DNA of 64,000 nt. Source: an uncultured archaeon. GTDB taxonomy: Archaea; Asgardarchaeota; Lokiarchaeia; Sigyniarchaeales; SOKP01. Positions within the stretch are counted from its first letter, which is position 1. Each line of letters begins with the position of its first letter. The stretch lies in contig CAZALK010000013.1 of assembly GCA_964486045.1 (NCBI GenBank), positions 108,879 to 172,878 of the forward strand. Direction: 5' to 3'. Positions 29,432 through 40,991 of the stretch are shown piece by piece. Made by a program: the position numbers and the translations under genes. The notes beneath the pieces were generated by a model. The model was not told the origin of the DNA. It saw nothing but the letters and a program-made list of their open reading frames with translations, and searched no databases.

Positions 29432-31216
29432 ATGAGTAGGAATAAGGAAAAGAGTAAAGGATATCGGAAGTGGCTTTTTAAACATTTATATAAACAATTG
29501 TATTTAGTAGTACTAGTACTTCTAGGAATTTTTTTTGTTAGTCTGACCCTTACTTTAATTCCTATTATAATCGGTGACATAATTGACAATGTTCTTCTTG
29601 TCCGTGATTTAGCAAATTTATTGTTTATGCTAGCAATTGGGCTTATTGTGTCTCTTCTTTACGCAGTATCAGATTATGGTGTTATGATGTTGGGACACTT
29701 TCTTGGTTTAAAGGTTGAGAAAAATATGAGGCAAGAATTTTTCGATACCATTCAATTAAAGTCGTTAAGTTATCATGATAATGTAAGAACAGGTGATTTG
29801 CTAGCTTTAGCAACTAATGATGTTCGAGTAATTAACACAATGCTAGCTCATGGGAGTTTTTTTATTTATCCCTTTATGCAAATTTTCATAACAATATATC
29901 TGTTGATTGAGTTCTTAGATTATCGCTTAGCTTTAATTTGCATTCCATTTATATTTTCTTACATTCACTTTGTATTTGATTATCGCAAAAGACTTTCTCC
30001 TTATGTGACTAACCAAATGACTCAGTATTCAAATCTAGCGGTTGTTTTGCAAGACAGTATTAGTGGTGCTAGTGTTGTTAGAGCATTTAACGCTGAGAAG
30101 TTAGAACGAAAAAAGTTTACCCTCGCCGTACGTTCTTTTAAGAATATTTTTGTCGGAAAATATAGAGTTCAAGCCAAATATTATCCTCTCCTAGCTATTA
30201 ACCTTGTAATCGGGAGTACTTTTTTTATTGGATCTATCTTTGCTTTTCAAGGAACTCTAGAAGTAGGAGATTTAGTTGCTACAAATTTACTATTAATAGC
30301 ACTTTTAGAGCCTACCAGAATGATCCATTGGTCAACCAACGACATGATGAGTGGATTTGCTGCTTGTTCCCGTTTGTATAGTTCTCTAATTGAAGGAGAA
30401 AATGAAGATAGACAAAATGAATATGAGGAATGGCCAAAGGAATTCAAAGGAAAAATTGAATTTAATAATGTTACTTTTATTCATCAAAATGAAAATAAAA
30501 ATCTACGCCCTACTCTCAACAATTTGAACTTTGTTATTGAACCATTTCAGAGAGTTGCACTTGTAGGTCCTACAGGGTGTGGAAAATCCACCCTTGCAAA
30601 GTTAATCTTATCCCTTTATAGCCCACAAAAAGGTTCAATTCTATTGGATGGAATAGACATTCAGAATTATCCTCTCCAAACTTTAAGAAAAAATATTGGT
30701 TACATTGAGCAAGAAATTTATCTTTATCCTAGGTCAATAAAAGAAAACATAACTTTTGGCAAACCAGAAGCATCAGAGGAAGAAATGCTGGATGCCGCTA
30801 AGTTAGCTCAAGTACATGAGTTTGTGAGAAATTTTCCTAAAGGGTATGAAACTATTGTTGGAGAAAGAGGAACAAGGCTTTCTGGGGGAGAAAAACAGCG
30901 AGTAGCAATCGCTCGAGCCTTTTTAACCGATCCTGCGATTCTCATACTTGATGATTCTGTATCCGCTGTTGATAGTGAAACAGAAGAGAGAATAGGACGT
31001 GCTATGGAAAATATTTTAAAAAATAGGACAACAATAATCATAACACACAGACTGCATACAATAAGAACCTCTGATAAAATAATCGTACTCAAACATGGAG
31101 AAATAGTAGCGGAGGGTAATCATAAGGAATTACTACAAAGTTCGGAGGATTATCGACGAATTTTCGGTAAAAAATTAACTTTAACAGAATCTAAAATTAA
31201 GGTGAAAAGAGGATAA
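29432..31216 (+). CDS. ABC exporter subunit (TMD+NBD), TM287-like
   Basis: GPTGCGKS, LSGGEKQR, degenerate Walker B ILDDS. Confidence 0.93.
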   Translation: MSRNKEKSKGYRKWLFKHLYKQLYLVVLVLLGIFFVSLTLTLIPIIIGDIIDNVLLVRDLANLLFMLAIGLIVSLLYAVSDYGVMMLGHFLGLKVEKNMRQEFFDTIQLKSLSYHDNVRTGDLLALATNDVRVINTMLAHGSFFIYPFMQIFITIYLLIEFLDYRLALICIPFIFSYIHFVFDYRKRLSPYVTNQMTQYSNLAVVLQDSISGASVVRAFNAEKLERKKFTLAVRSFKNIFVGKYRVQAKYYPLLAINLVIGSTFFIGSIFAFQGTLEVGDLVATNLLLIALLEPTRMIHWSTNDMMSGFAACSRLYSSLIEGENEDRQNEYEEWPKEFKGKIEFNNVTFIHQNENKNLRPTLNNLNFVIEPFQRVALVGPTGCGKSTLAKLILSLYSPQKGSILLDGIDIQNYPLQTLRKNIGYIEQEIYLYPRSIKENITFGKPEASEEEMLDAAKLAQVHEFVRNFPKGYETIVGERGTRLSGGEKQRVAIARAFLTDPAILILDDSVSAVDSETEERIGRAMENILKNRTTIIITHRLHTIRTSDKIIVLKHGEIVAEGNHKELLQSSEDYRRIFGKKLTLTESKIKVKRG

Positions 31217-31222
31217 ATTAAA

Positions 31223-33016
31223 TTGGGACTCTATGCAGGATTATTGGCAGAAGAACATAAAAGAAGATATTCAGATCGTGAACTATTTATTAGATATATT
31301 AAAAGAATTGCTCCCTTTAAAAAAAGTGTTATTCGTATTGCACTCTTTATTGTAATTTCAGCACTAGCGGATATTTTTAGCCCTCTATTATTGGGATTTG
31401 GTGTTGATGAATTAGCAAAAACAAATCCGAATATTTTCTTAGTGATTAGTGCTACCATTGTATATATTTTGTTATATGTTATTATATGGGTCATGTTCTT
31501 CATGCAATACAGGGAAATGGCGAAATTTGTTCCCTCATTTTCACAAAAGCTCCGCGAAGATATTTTTGATAAATTGCAAGAACAAGATATGAGTTTTTTT
31601 GACAAAGAACAGACTGGTGGATTAAATACAAGAGTTACTAATGACGTCGGGGATTTTGGGAATATAACTTTCTTAATAGTAGAGACTATTGGCAATCTTA
31701 TTCTTAGTGGTTTAACATTTGCAATATTGTTGTTGCTAAACTTATCTCTTGCACTAATTGCCTTAGCTAGCGTACCCTTAATTTTAGTGATTATGTTCTC
31801 TCTTAGAAAGCTAGCTAGAGTTGTAAGCAGAGCATATAGAGAATCTCTTGATAATGTCAATATTGCAATGGTTGAATTAGTAGAGGGAATACATGTTTGT
31901 AAAAGCTATAGTCAGGAGGTTATAGTTTCTGAACGCTTTAACGAAATTAATAAAAAGTATTTTAAAAATGGATTTAAATTAACCGCTGTAACCCATTTGT
32001 GGAGGAGGCTTCTTGGAATTTTATCAACAATTACGTTTTTAATCATTATGTATGTGGGTGGACAACTTGTTTTCAGTTATACAATAACTCCTGGAAGAGT
32101 TTTTATCTTTTACCTCTACTTACCAAGATTTTTCCGCCCAATAATGGTGTTAGCTACGTTTTTTCCTCAATTTAGTACAGGTATGGCTGCATACGAGCGA
32201 ATTCTTGGTGTTCTTGATTCAAAACCATTTGTTACTCAATATCCTACTGCCTTTGAGGTTGGTGAATTAGAAGGAGAGATTGAATTCGAAAATGTAGATT
32301 TTAGCTACAATAATGATGAATGGGTTTTTAAGGGGTTGAATCTTAAAATTGTAAAGGGAGAGAAACTTGCCATAGTTGGGCATACTGGTTCAGGAAAAAC
32401 ATCCTTAATTTCACTTCTTGCACGATATTATGAATTTCAAGGGGGTTCAATTAAGATTGATGGAATAGATATTAGAAATATGAAATTGGAATCATACAGA
32501 AAAAATATTGGCATAGTTCAGCAAGATGTTTTTCTTTTTTCAGGAACAATAGAAGAAAACATCCGGTATGGAAGACGAGATGCTTCCGAAGAAGACTTAT
32601 GGAAAGCAGTCAGGACAGTCCATGCGGAAGAACTGATTGAATATTTACCGGAAGGATTTCAAACTCAGGTAGGGGAAAGAGGAAAAGGAGTTTCAGTTGG
32701 CCAAAGACAACTTATCAGTTTTGCTCGAGCATTACTTACTAATCCGAAAATTCTCATTCTTGATGAAGCTACTTCAAGCGTAGATGCTTATACTGAAGCA
32801 ATCATTCAGGAGGCTCTTGAAGTACTTTTATCAGATCGAACTTCAATTATCATCGCACATAGGCTCTCTACTATTGTCAATGCTGACCGAATCATTGTAA
32901 TGGATCATGGTAAAATTGTAGAACAAGGAACTCATGAATCCTTACTTTCGCAGGGAGGTAATTATGCTCAATTATATAAGAAATACTTTGAACATCAAAA
33001 ATTAGATTTAACTTAA
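31223..33016 (+). CDS. ABC exporter subunit (TMD+NBD), TM288-like
   Basis: GHTGSGKT, degenerate signature VSVGQRQ, ILDEATSS, AHRLST. Confidence 0.93.
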   Translation: MGLYAGLLAEEHKRRYSDRELFIRYIKRIAPFKKSVIRIALFIVISALADIFSPLLLGFGVDELAKTNPNIFLVISATIVYILLYVIIWVMFFMQYREMAKFVPSFSQKLREDIFDKLQEQDMSFFDKEQTGGLNTRVTNDVGDFGNITFLIVETIGNLILSGLTFAILLLLNLSLALIALASVPLILVIMFSLRKLARVVSRAYRESLDNVNIAMVELVEGIHVCKSYSQEVIVSERFNEINKKYFKNGFKLTAVTHLWRRLLGILSTITFLIIMYVGGQLVFSYTITPGRVFIFYLYLPRFFRPIMVLATFFPQFSTGMAAYERILGVLDSKPFVTQYPTAFEVGELEGEIEFENVDFSYNNDEWVFKGLNLKIVKGEKLAIVGHTGSGKTSLISLLARYYEFQGGSIKIDGIDIRNMKLESYRKNIGIVQQDVFLFSGTIEENIRYGRRDASEEDLWKAVRTVHAEELIEYLPEGFQTQVGERGKGVSVGQRQLISFARALLTNPKILILDEATSSVDAYTEAIIQEALEVLLSDRTSIIIAHRLSTIVNADRIIVMDHGKIVEQGTHESLLSQGGNYAQLYKKYFEHQKLDLT

Positions 33017-33148
33017 TCCTTTTCTAAGTTTAAATCAGATCTTGTGATTATTAAATAAATAAAAATAAATAAATCTAATTCTATGAATATTTCAAGGATT
33101 TTATTTTCTAAATGATAATTAATTATCACTAACTAAAGGTAATTCAAC

Positions 33149-34819
33149 TTGAGCAGTAATGAAAAGCAATTGTTCGAAAAAATAGATACAATGGATCAAG
33201 AAAAAGCGGTAGAATCTCTTCTCTCTATCTTAACAACCTCCAAGAATTTAGAGAATAAAGTAAAATCGGTTGAAATTTTAGCAAACTTTGAAGATAGTAA
33301 GAATTCACGATTGCAGGACATAAAAGATACATTTTTAAATGACAGGCATCCTCAATTACGTATAAAATTAATTGATCTGTTCGGCACGATTTATGGGAAT
33401 GAGGGTATTAAATTTTTAAAAGAACAGTATAAAAACTGTAATGATGGTACCGTAAGGAAAACCCTTATTAACGAGATTGGAAATTTAGATCTTAATGGTT
33501 CAATACCTTTCTTCATCGAATTTTTAGGTGATCCAAATATTGAGGTAAGAGAGTTATCAATTACCCTTTTGGGAAAATCTGGTAGCAAAGAAGCTTTGGT
33601 ACCGTTAATTGAGCGACTGCACTTTAGAAGTGCTGAAATATATGATCCACTAATTAAATCAATTGTTAAAATCGGAAAAAAAGGAAACCAACAGGTAATA
33701 TATGATTATATAGACACAGATGATGTAAATATTAAAAGGGAAATTCCTGTTATCTTAGGAAAAATGGGAAATAAGGAGAGTGAAACCGTTCTAATTAATT
33801 TTCTCAGAGACGAAAACCCACTTATTAGAAAAAATTCTCTAAAAGCCTTAGAAAATATAATTGAACTTAAAAATATAAAAAATATTTTAGTAACACTTAA
33901 TGATCAAGACATAGATGTGAGAAAGGAATCTATTCGAGTTCTAGGAACTATTGGAAGTAAAAGGGCAATCGGGCCCCTATCAAAAATTCTAAAAGATAAG
34001 GATTTAAAAATGAGAAATCTTGCTAAAAACTCATTATTCAAGATCTTTAAGAAAATCGAATCAAACGATGTTCTTTATGATATTTTAAAAGGAAAGAACA
34101 TCAATGCAAGAAGGGAAGCAATAAAATTACTAGGAATGTTGAAGGATGAAAAGGCTATTGAACCCTTGATAAAAACTTTTGATAGCACAGTTGCGAGGAT
34201 AAGAAGAGCATCCTTTAGAGCAATACTTCAAATTTTGCAGAATAAAGCTAATGAAAGAATTATTAATTCGCTAACAGAAAAATCTTGGCGTATAAGAATG
34301 TATTGTACTAAAATATTAGGTGAAATAGGAGACCTTAGCACTATAGAAAATGTTTTTAAATTAATCGAAGATGAAAACGGGAGCGTTAGAAAAGCTGCTG
34401 TTGACGCTTTAATTAATTTCAACTCAGATAAAGTTATTGTAATGGCAAAATCTTCATTAAAAAACTCAAATTGGAAAATTAGAAGGACTGGAGTTAAATT
34501 ATTAATACGAGTTGGGAGCAAGGATTCTATTAACTCTCTCATTTCATGTTTAGATGACGAGGACGTATATATTAAAAGCTGGGCAGCCATGGCTCTAGGA
34601 AAAATTAAAGATTTAGATTCAATTGAGCCGTTCATTCAATTATTAAAAGAAACCGATGATAAGATACGTTTATCTGCAGTAAAAGCATTAGGTGATATAG
34701 GGAACAAAGATGCAATAAATCCTCTCATTGAATTATTAGGAGATGACAATTGGGATATAAAAAAGGAGGTAGAAAACTCATTGAGTCGTATTAATCCCGA
34801 TTGGATGGAAGATTTGTAA
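33149..34819 (+). CDS. HEAT-repeat (PBS lyase-like) protein
   Basis: Many LxDxxxxVRxxAxxALGxIG repeats. Confidence 0.88.
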   Translation: MSSNEKQLFEKIDTMDQEKAVESLLSILTTSKNLENKVKSVEILANFEDSKNSRLQDIKDTFLNDRHPQLRIKLIDLFGTIYGNEGIKFLKEQYKNCNDGTVRKTLINEIGNLDLNGSIPFFIEFLGDPNIEVRELSITLLGKSGSKEALVPLIERLHFRSAEIYDPLIKSIVKIGKKGNQQVIYDYIDTDDVNIKREIPVILGKMGNKESETVLINFLRDENPLIRKNSLKALENIIELKNIKNILVTLNDQDIDVRKESIRVLGTIGSKRAIGPLSKILKDKDLKMRNLAKNSLFKIFKKIESNDVLYDILKGKNINARREAIKLLGMLKDEKAIEPLIKTFDSTVARIRRASFRAILQILQNKANERIINSLTEKSWRIRMYCTKILGEIGDLSTIENVFKLIEDENGSVRKAAVDALINFNSDKVIVMAKSSLKNSNWKIRRTGVKLLIRVGSKDSINSLISCLDDEDVYIKSWAAMALGKIKDLDSIEPFIQLLKETDDKIRLSAVKALGDIGNKDAINPLIELLGDDNWDIKKEVENSLSRINPDWMEDL

Positions 34820-34835
34820 TATTCGGTTGAACTTT

Positions 34836-35225
34836 CTATATTAAAACGCTTATTTTTTGGATATAATCTTCCAACTGCTCAAATATGAAATTAGAATTAG
34901 ATTGATTATTAATAATACAACTCAAAAAAACCTTCTTCTCTTTAATTTCAACTATTAGTATTGTAGCTTTCTCTAATTCAGCTATAATTCTAATAATTTT
35001 TTGACTCCCCATTGTTTCACCTAGACCAACAGCACTTTCAAAAACAGAAGCACACATGGATGCTAATTTTTTACTGTCGATATTCTTTCCAATATTATTA
35101 CCAATAATCTCTCCGTTTCGGTTAGCTAATAGAATTCCTTTAAAATTACTTTTTACTCTTAAATCATCTAATAAAAGAGTTAAATCATTAAAATCATGGA
35201 TTTTATTATTTTTTATTTCTTTCAT
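34836..35225 (-). CDS. Roadblock/LC7 domain protein
   Basis: GILLANRNGEII...KLASMCASVFESA. Confidence 0.8.
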   Translation of the reverse strand: MKEIKNNKIHDFNDLTLLLDDLRVKSNFKGILLANRNGEIIGNNIGKNIDSKKLASMCASVFESAVGLGETMGSQKIIRIIAELEKATILIVEIKEKKVFLSCIINNQSNSNFIFEQLEDYIQKISVLI

Positions 35226-35291
35226 AACCTTCTATACTCTATAAATTGATAATTAAATTAATTAATTACTTAATTTAACTATTGAATATAT

Positions 35292-36710
35292 ATGAAATCA
35301 ATTGATAACATTGAAAACTCCATAAAAATAGGAAATAAAAAATTCATTGAATCAGAACTTCAACATTTTTTAAGAATTCCTAGTGAAACCTGTAATAAAA
35401 AAGGGATTTCAAAAGCTAAGAATTTTCTTATCACCTACCTTTCAGATTTTTGTGAGGAGATTAAAGAGTACGAAGGTAAAATAAACCCTTTAATATTAGC
35501 AAAAGTTGTCGGCAAAACCCAGAAATCTCTATTAATTTATATGATGTATGATACTCAACCAATAAATAATAAAAATGAATGGATTAGCCACCCATTTGGA
35601 GCTGAAATCCGTACTCTTCCTCCTCCTTTGGATATTATCGGAAAATGTATTATAGCAAGGGGTGCTTACAATTCCAAAACACCTCTTCTATGTTTTATAA
35701 ACGTAGTAAAAGAGTTGAAAAAACATAAAGAGTTACCCATATCACTTTCCCTATTATTTGACGGTGAGGAGGAAATAGGATCCCCAGGTTTGCTGAAAAT
35801 GCTTGATAATAACAGCAATATATTTAAAGATTGTATAGATGCATATTTCCCATCAACAAAACAAAATTTTAGTGGAGAATCAGTTTTAAAACTTGGATAT
35901 AAAGGTATATTATCATTAACAATAAAAATATTGTCACGGAATAAAGAACCTCATTCAGCATTCAGATCTATGATTTCGAATCCTGCGGTTGATTTAATTT
36001 CCTTGCTTAATACTTTATATTCTAATAATGAATTTTTGATTGAACCCTTAAAGAAACCTTATAAAATTTCTGAGGATGAACTCCAGCTTACTGATAAATT
36101 GATGAAAACACTTGATATTGATAAAATTAAGGTAAAGGCAGGAATTGTAAACATTAATGAAGGTGATCCAAAGAAAGTTTTTATAGATTACCTGTTTAAT
36201 CCAACATTCAATATTTCCACATTAAAATCGGGCTTTCTGGGGCAGGGTACAAAAAATTATGTACCTAATGAAGCATTTTGTAATATTGACATCAGGTTTG
36301 CTCATAAAATTCCTATAGATGTCATTTTTAAAGAAATTAAAGAATTAGTTAAAGAATTTTCCCACACCATAGAATCTAAAGTAATACTAATTAAAAATAT
36401 TGGTTATGAAAGTTCTAGAGTTACCAAAGATTCAGTGTTGGTAAAAAGTCTTGTTGAGACCGCAAATATTTTAGGAGTTTTCACAGAGATTTGGCCAATT
36501 AGTGCCGCAGCAGCCCCTTTAAGTATAATTCAAAAGGTTTTAGGATTAAACTTTATATCAGGTGGATTAGGAATTGGTGGATCAGCGCATTCTGTAAATG
36601 AATTTATTCAATATAAATCAATCATTAACACAAGACTATCGAATTATCACTTTCTTAAAATTTATTCTCAATTAAATGACAACAAAAATAAGGGTAATTT
36701 AATCAAATAA
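35292..36710 (+). CDS. M20/M25/M40 metallo-hydrolase with atypical metal ligands
   Basis: YMMYDTQP, ARGAYNSK, DGEEEIGS, LGYKG, AHSVNE. Confidence 0.82.
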   Translation: MKSIDNIENSIKIGNKKFIESELQHFLRIPSETCNKKGISKAKNFLITYLSDFCEEIKEYEGKINPLILAKVVGKTQKSLLIYMMYDTQPINNKNEWISHPFGAEIRTLPPPLDIIGKCIIARGAYNSKTPLLCFINVVKELKKHKELPISLSLLFDGEEEIGSPGLLKMLDNNSNIFKDCIDAYFPSTKQNFSGESVLKLGYKGILSLTIKILSRNKEPHSAFRSMISNPAVDLISLLNTLYSNNEFLIEPLKKPYKISEDELQLTDKLMKTLDIDKIKVKAGIVNINEGDPKKVFIDYLFNPTFNISTLKSGFLGQGTKNYVPNEAFCNIDIRFAHKIPIDVIFKEIKELVKEFSHTIESKVILIKNIGYESSRVTKDSVLVKSLVETANILGVFTEIWPISAAAAPLSIIQKVLGLNFISGGLGIGGSAHSVNEFIQYKSIINTRLSNYHFLKIYSQLNDNKNKGNLIK

Positions 36711-37853
36711 TCCTGCCAAACCCCTGGTTTTTGCTTTGATTGCATTTTCGCTGCATAACTCGGCACGACAGAGACATGAAATGCATTTTTTCCTTAAAAA
36801 TATAGGAAAGTCGTCTACTTCAAAATTTATCGCCTCAGCTGGACAATTTTGAGCACATTCACCACATTTTATACATCTTTGTTTTATAAGTTCAGAAATT
36901 TTCTTAATTATCTTGTATCCTATATGTCCTGACATATATGCTATAAAACTTGTAAATGTGTTTCCTGGTACTTTAAATTTTGGCGTCTGCTCTTTAGCTT
37001 CTTCAAATGACAAACCTAATATCTCGATATTATCAAGACTTCCGACTCCTAAATTCCGTTCTATTCCACTTTTAAGATGAGGTATTTTCTGTGGATTAAT
37101 CTTTCCAATTTCCATAGCAACTATATCTAAAGCTAATTTATCTGTCCCAGCGAGAATTAAATCCCATTTTTTCATCTTTCTCCCCGCAGGTCCCATCGAA
37201 CCTTCCATTATCTCTTGCAAATCATAAACTGTTAACCTATTTGGTTTATTCCTTACTACCCATGAAAAATTATCTGCGAGGACTTCCCCAAATTTTTCAG
37301 CTGTTTTTCCGAATAAATGATAGTTAGCTTTTAAACCTCCAGGTATGATTCCCCAATAATTTTTTATTGCTCCTGTCATAGTTGCTTCCAAATGAGATTT
37401 TAAACGAGGAAGATTTATTAGTATATCACATTCCTTAACTATTCTAGCAACACGTATTTCTTTTAAACTTAAAGCACCATCAATCTTTTCCTTTAACGGG
37501 ATGTCAACCTCAAAGTCTACAAAATTAATTCAAAAAGCTTCACATATACCATAAATTCCAATTTCTTTTGCAACGTCAGATCCAACTTTTTCAGATTGAC
37601 CTGGTAAATCTCCTAAATACACATTAGCCATGGGGATACTATTCTCTTTAAGATATGAAACTACACCTTCAACAAAAGCAGGTTGAGTACAAGCATCCTT
37701 TTTTGATGTTAATAAATTTGGTTTTAGAAGGATTTTTTCTGATTCAGTAATATCAAAAGGTAAAGTATTTTCAATTAATTTAATCGCACTAATTACGGCT
37801 TCGGGAATACTTGCATATTCTTTAACATTCACTATCCTAATTTTTGTAGACAT
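36699..37853 (-). pseudogene. DUF362 Fe-S protein with C-terminal ferredoxin domain, interrupted by one in-frame TGA
   Basis: 37530..37853 and 36699..37391 are one frame: CEAF*INFVDFE...INLPRLKSH...TGAIKN; LLKPN motif. Second 4Fe-4S motif is damaged (CLCRAELCS). Confidence 0.82.
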
Positions 37854-38101
37854 AAGACATCAGATTTGAAAATTAAGTAAAAAATTAAAATGTAATCCTC
37901 GCATTCAATTTTTTCAAAGAAATAAATAGCAAATATTAACATCTGTGTTCCTAATTATCGGAAAACAATTATTTTTAAGAATTGAATTTATACTAATTTT
38001 GAAGAGCAACTATAATTTTCATTCAATTGTAATACTAAACATAGATTGGAGATTTATTACAAATAAAAAGGTGAGAGGAAAGCATTCCGTTTAGTGATCT
38101 G

Positions 38102-38623
38102 ATGTATAAGGTCTGCATTTTTGGAGATGGTGGTGTCGGAAAGACGACATTAATAGGACGGTATCTAACAGGTGTATTTAGAAGCAATAATGAGATTACT
38201 ATCGGAGTAGACTTTAATATTAAAAAGTTGACTATTCTGGACAAACGAGTGACCTTACAAATCTGGGATTTTGCTGGAGAAGAAAGATTCAGATTCTTAT
38301 TACCTAGCTATGTTTTGGGTGCTTCAGGAGGAATTTTCATGTTTGATATCACTCGATATAGTTCACTTAAGAATTTTCAGGATTGGATGGATATCTTTAA
38401 ACGAGGATATAGAGGACCCATCAAAAAAGTCCCCCTCCTAATGGTCGGAAGTAAATTGGATCTTGAGTATAAAAGAGCGGTTTCTAGGGAGGATGCATAC
38501 GAATTGGCGAAAGAAAATGACTTATTTGGATATATTGAATGTTCATCTAAAGATGGTCAAAATGTAGAAGAAATCTTCGTTGAAATTGGTCGATTGATGA
38601 TACAAAATTCTAATTTAACCTAA
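38102..38623 (+). CDS. Rab-like small GTPase (possible upstream ATT start at 38084)
   Basis: GDGGVGKT, TIGVDF, WDFAGEERF, SKLDL, ECSSK. Confidence 0.92.
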   Translation: MYKVCIFGDGGVGKTTLIGRYLTGVFRSNNEITIGVDFNIKKLTILDKRVTLQIWDFAGEERFRFLLPSYVLGASGGIFMFDITRYSSLKNFQDWMDIFKRGYRGPIKKVPLLMVGSKLDLEYKRAVSREDAYELAKENDLFGYIECSSKDGQNVEEIFVEIGRLMIQNSNLT

Positions 38624-38663
38624 TCCTTTATTAAAAACAAAAATCTAGCCGATAGGGCCAATT

Positions 38664-39494
38664 TTATTGAAAAATTTCGCTTAAATTATTAATAACTAAA
38701 TCTGGGATCAAATCCTTATCAAAATCCTCTTTAATTTTCAACCTTTCAATCATTTCTCTTGTTGTTACACCTGTCAAAACTGCTACTGATGTAATCCCCG
38801 CCCGGTTTCCTGCTAAAATATCTGTATTCAATCTATCTCCAAAAATACATGCTTGGTCAGGAGGAATTTTCGTATCATTTAATATTGTTTCTATCCCGTA
38901 GGGCTCAGGTTTTCCGAAAATTCGAACAGGCCCCTTGTCTATGCACGTTGTTAAAGCTCTTACCATTACACCAGCTCCAGGTTTAAATCCCCTAGCAACT
39001 GGCAAAGTTGCGTCCGCATTTGTTGCATAAAATTGAGCTTTTCCCTCTAAAATACATCTTTGGGCAATAGATAACTGATCATAATTGAATTTTCTGTCGA
39101 GTCCCACTATTACAAAATCAATATCATTAATATGTGTAGGTGTGCTTTCTATTTTATGACCTAAGGATTTTAATTCTTCTTTTAACCCGGTTTCCCCAAT
39201 CACAAAAATATTAGCATTTTCTTTAATTTTTGTAATTTCAGTTGATGCGATCGAAGCGCTTGTATAAAAATCTGTAATTTTACTAGATATATTGAAATTT
39301 CTTAATCGTTCAACATAAGTTTGCCTCGTAACGGTTGAATTATTAGAATTATATAACACCAAAATAGAGAGATCTTTCAGTTTGTTAATGACTTTATCAG
39401 AATTGGTAATTAAAGTATCCCCACGATAAACAACACCGTCAAGATCAAATATTGCTAGTTTAATATGTTTAAGTTTGTCGATTATTTCAAGCAT
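38664..39494 (-). CDS. HAD-IIA (NagD-like) phosphatase
   Basis: FDLDGVVY, ATNAD, GKP, GDRLNTDI, VLTGV. Confidence 0.9.
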   Translation of the reverse strand: MLEIIDKLKHIKLAIFDLDGVVYRGDTLITNSDKVINKLKDLSILVLYNSNNSTVTRQTYVERLRNFNISSKITDFYTSASIASTEITKIKENANIFVIGETGLKEELKSLGHKIESTPTHINDIDFVIVGLDRKFNYDQLSIAQRCILEGKAQFYATNADATLPVARGFKPGAGVMVRALTTCIDKGPVRIFGKPEPYGIETILNDTKIPPDQACIFGDRLNTDILAGNRAGITSVAVLTGVTTREMIERLKIKEDFDKDLIPDLVINNLSEIFQ

Positions 39495-39528
39495 AGTTTT
39501 AGATTAGTTCAAATTTTTTAAATTGGTC

Positions 39529-40689
39529 TTACCAACCAACAGGTAAGCCTAATATTATTATAAATAGTTGAATTCCAATAGGAATAAAGATTGGGTTTAA
39601 AAGGTTATCAGCTGTAAATTTAGGAAAGTAATCCGTTATAAAAAATATAACAGCTCCAATTATAGCATATACTGGCCCAACTAGGATTAAACCTATTACG
39701 TATGCTACTACTGTACCCGCAAGAAAACCTTCGACAGATTTAATATCCTTACTCCTTACCTTAACTTTATGTTTTCCATATCTTCGTCCAATTATTGCCG
39801 CAGCAGCATCCGAGAAGCATGCAATGAGAATTCCTGAAAATACAGCTAAAATATCAACCAAATTTACCATAAAAAGCATATACGAAAAAATAAATCCCGT
39901 AATTATATAGATTTGCGGTCCAGCAGCATTTTTCTCTTTATTTCTTAGCATAGATCTCGTTAAAAAATTAAAAACTGAATACTCTGGACCCCAAATAATC
40001 CGAATTAAATCTGAGATTATCCCAAACATCAATGCTCCAATTAGAGCCATCATTGTAAGGTAGATAACTGCTGATTGATTGGAGATTGGATCTCCAATCG
40101 TAAAGGGAAATAAGGATAAATCACCCCAAAAAATGGTGTATGTTGGTCCTAGATTATTGATTAATTCAATCACACCGTCACTTATTATCCGAGTAACGGG
40201 ATATAGAAAAGGTAATCCAAAATAAGCTAGTACAAGCAAGAACCCTGTTAAATGAAAACTCTTTCGTATTAGTTCCATTCTAATTGTTATTTTTTCACTG
40301 TAAGGGTTCATTTTAGTCATTCTTTCTACGTATCTTCTTATTAATGATTTATTTTCATTTCCAATAAGCGAATTCTCGCTTTTCATCTCGGTTTTTTTTA
40401 TTTCTTTTTTAATCATCCGGAAAAATAAGTAATTGATAAGTAAAGTAATTCCAATCCACCATACCATAAACCCATTATAAGGATAAACGAAAAATTTTAC
40501 AACAGAATTAAAATATCCAAAAATTATAAAGCACACACCACATAAAAAAGTAGAAATCCCTCCATATCGATTCTTTAATTTATATCCCTTTCTCCCGATT
40601 GAAAATGCAAAAAAAGCTAATACGAAAAATGAGAGCGATAAAGTAACATTATAAACTTCACCAACTGCAGTCCAATAATCCATATTCAA
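39529..40689 (-). CDS. CTP-dependent polyprenol/diacylglycerol kinase family membrane protein (dolichol kinase/Dgk1-like)
   Basis: RKSFHL, SDAAAAIIGRRYG, KSVEG, DNL motifs. Confidence 0.82.
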   Translation of the reverse strand: MNMDYWTAVGEVYNVTLSLSFFVLAFFAFSIGRKGYKLKNRYGGISTFLCGVCFIIFGYFNSVVKFFVYPYNGFMVWWIGITLLINYLFFRMIKKEIKKTEMKSENSLIGNENKSLIRRYVERMTKMNPYSEKITIRMELIRKSFHLTGFLLVLAYFGLPFLYPVTRIISDGVIELINNLGPTYTIFWGDLSLFPFTIGDPISNQSAVIYLTMMALIGALMFGIISDLIRIIWGPEYSVFNFLTRSMLRNKEKNAAGPQIYIITGFIFSYMLFMVNLVDILAVFSGILIACFSDAAAAIIGRRYGKHKVKVRSKDIKSVEGFLAGTVVAYVIGLILVGPVYAIIGAVIFFITDYFPKFTADNLLNPIFIPIGIQLFIIILGLPVGW

Positions 40690-40991
40690 CCAGTTAAAGA
40701 ATTTTATTAACAGTTTTAATAATTTTTAATCTAATAATTAATCTTTGATTTAACCATAAAACTACAATAGAGACGATAAAAAACTTTAAATTATTACATT
40801 TGAGACGTCTTCTAAATCATGGCATTCCAAAAATGTCAAAACTAAATTAATAAAGAAATAATAATATATTTTATTAGAGTAGAAGTAATACAAAAAAATA
40901 AATAAAGTTAAAATAAGTTAATTATATCTATATCATTAAATAGTAAGTACGTTTTTTAATATAAAATTTTCAATCTAAAATAATAGGGAAA

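Noticed and set aside
29432-33016. Degenerate ABC motifs as a novelty
   Set aside because: Normal for heterodimeric TM287/288-type exporters.
37530-37532. In-frame TGA in the DUF362 gene as selenocysteine or recoded Gly
   Set aside because: The position looks like Gly (GGA>TGA), other lesions are present, no SECIS was seen, and intact genes here terminate with TGA.
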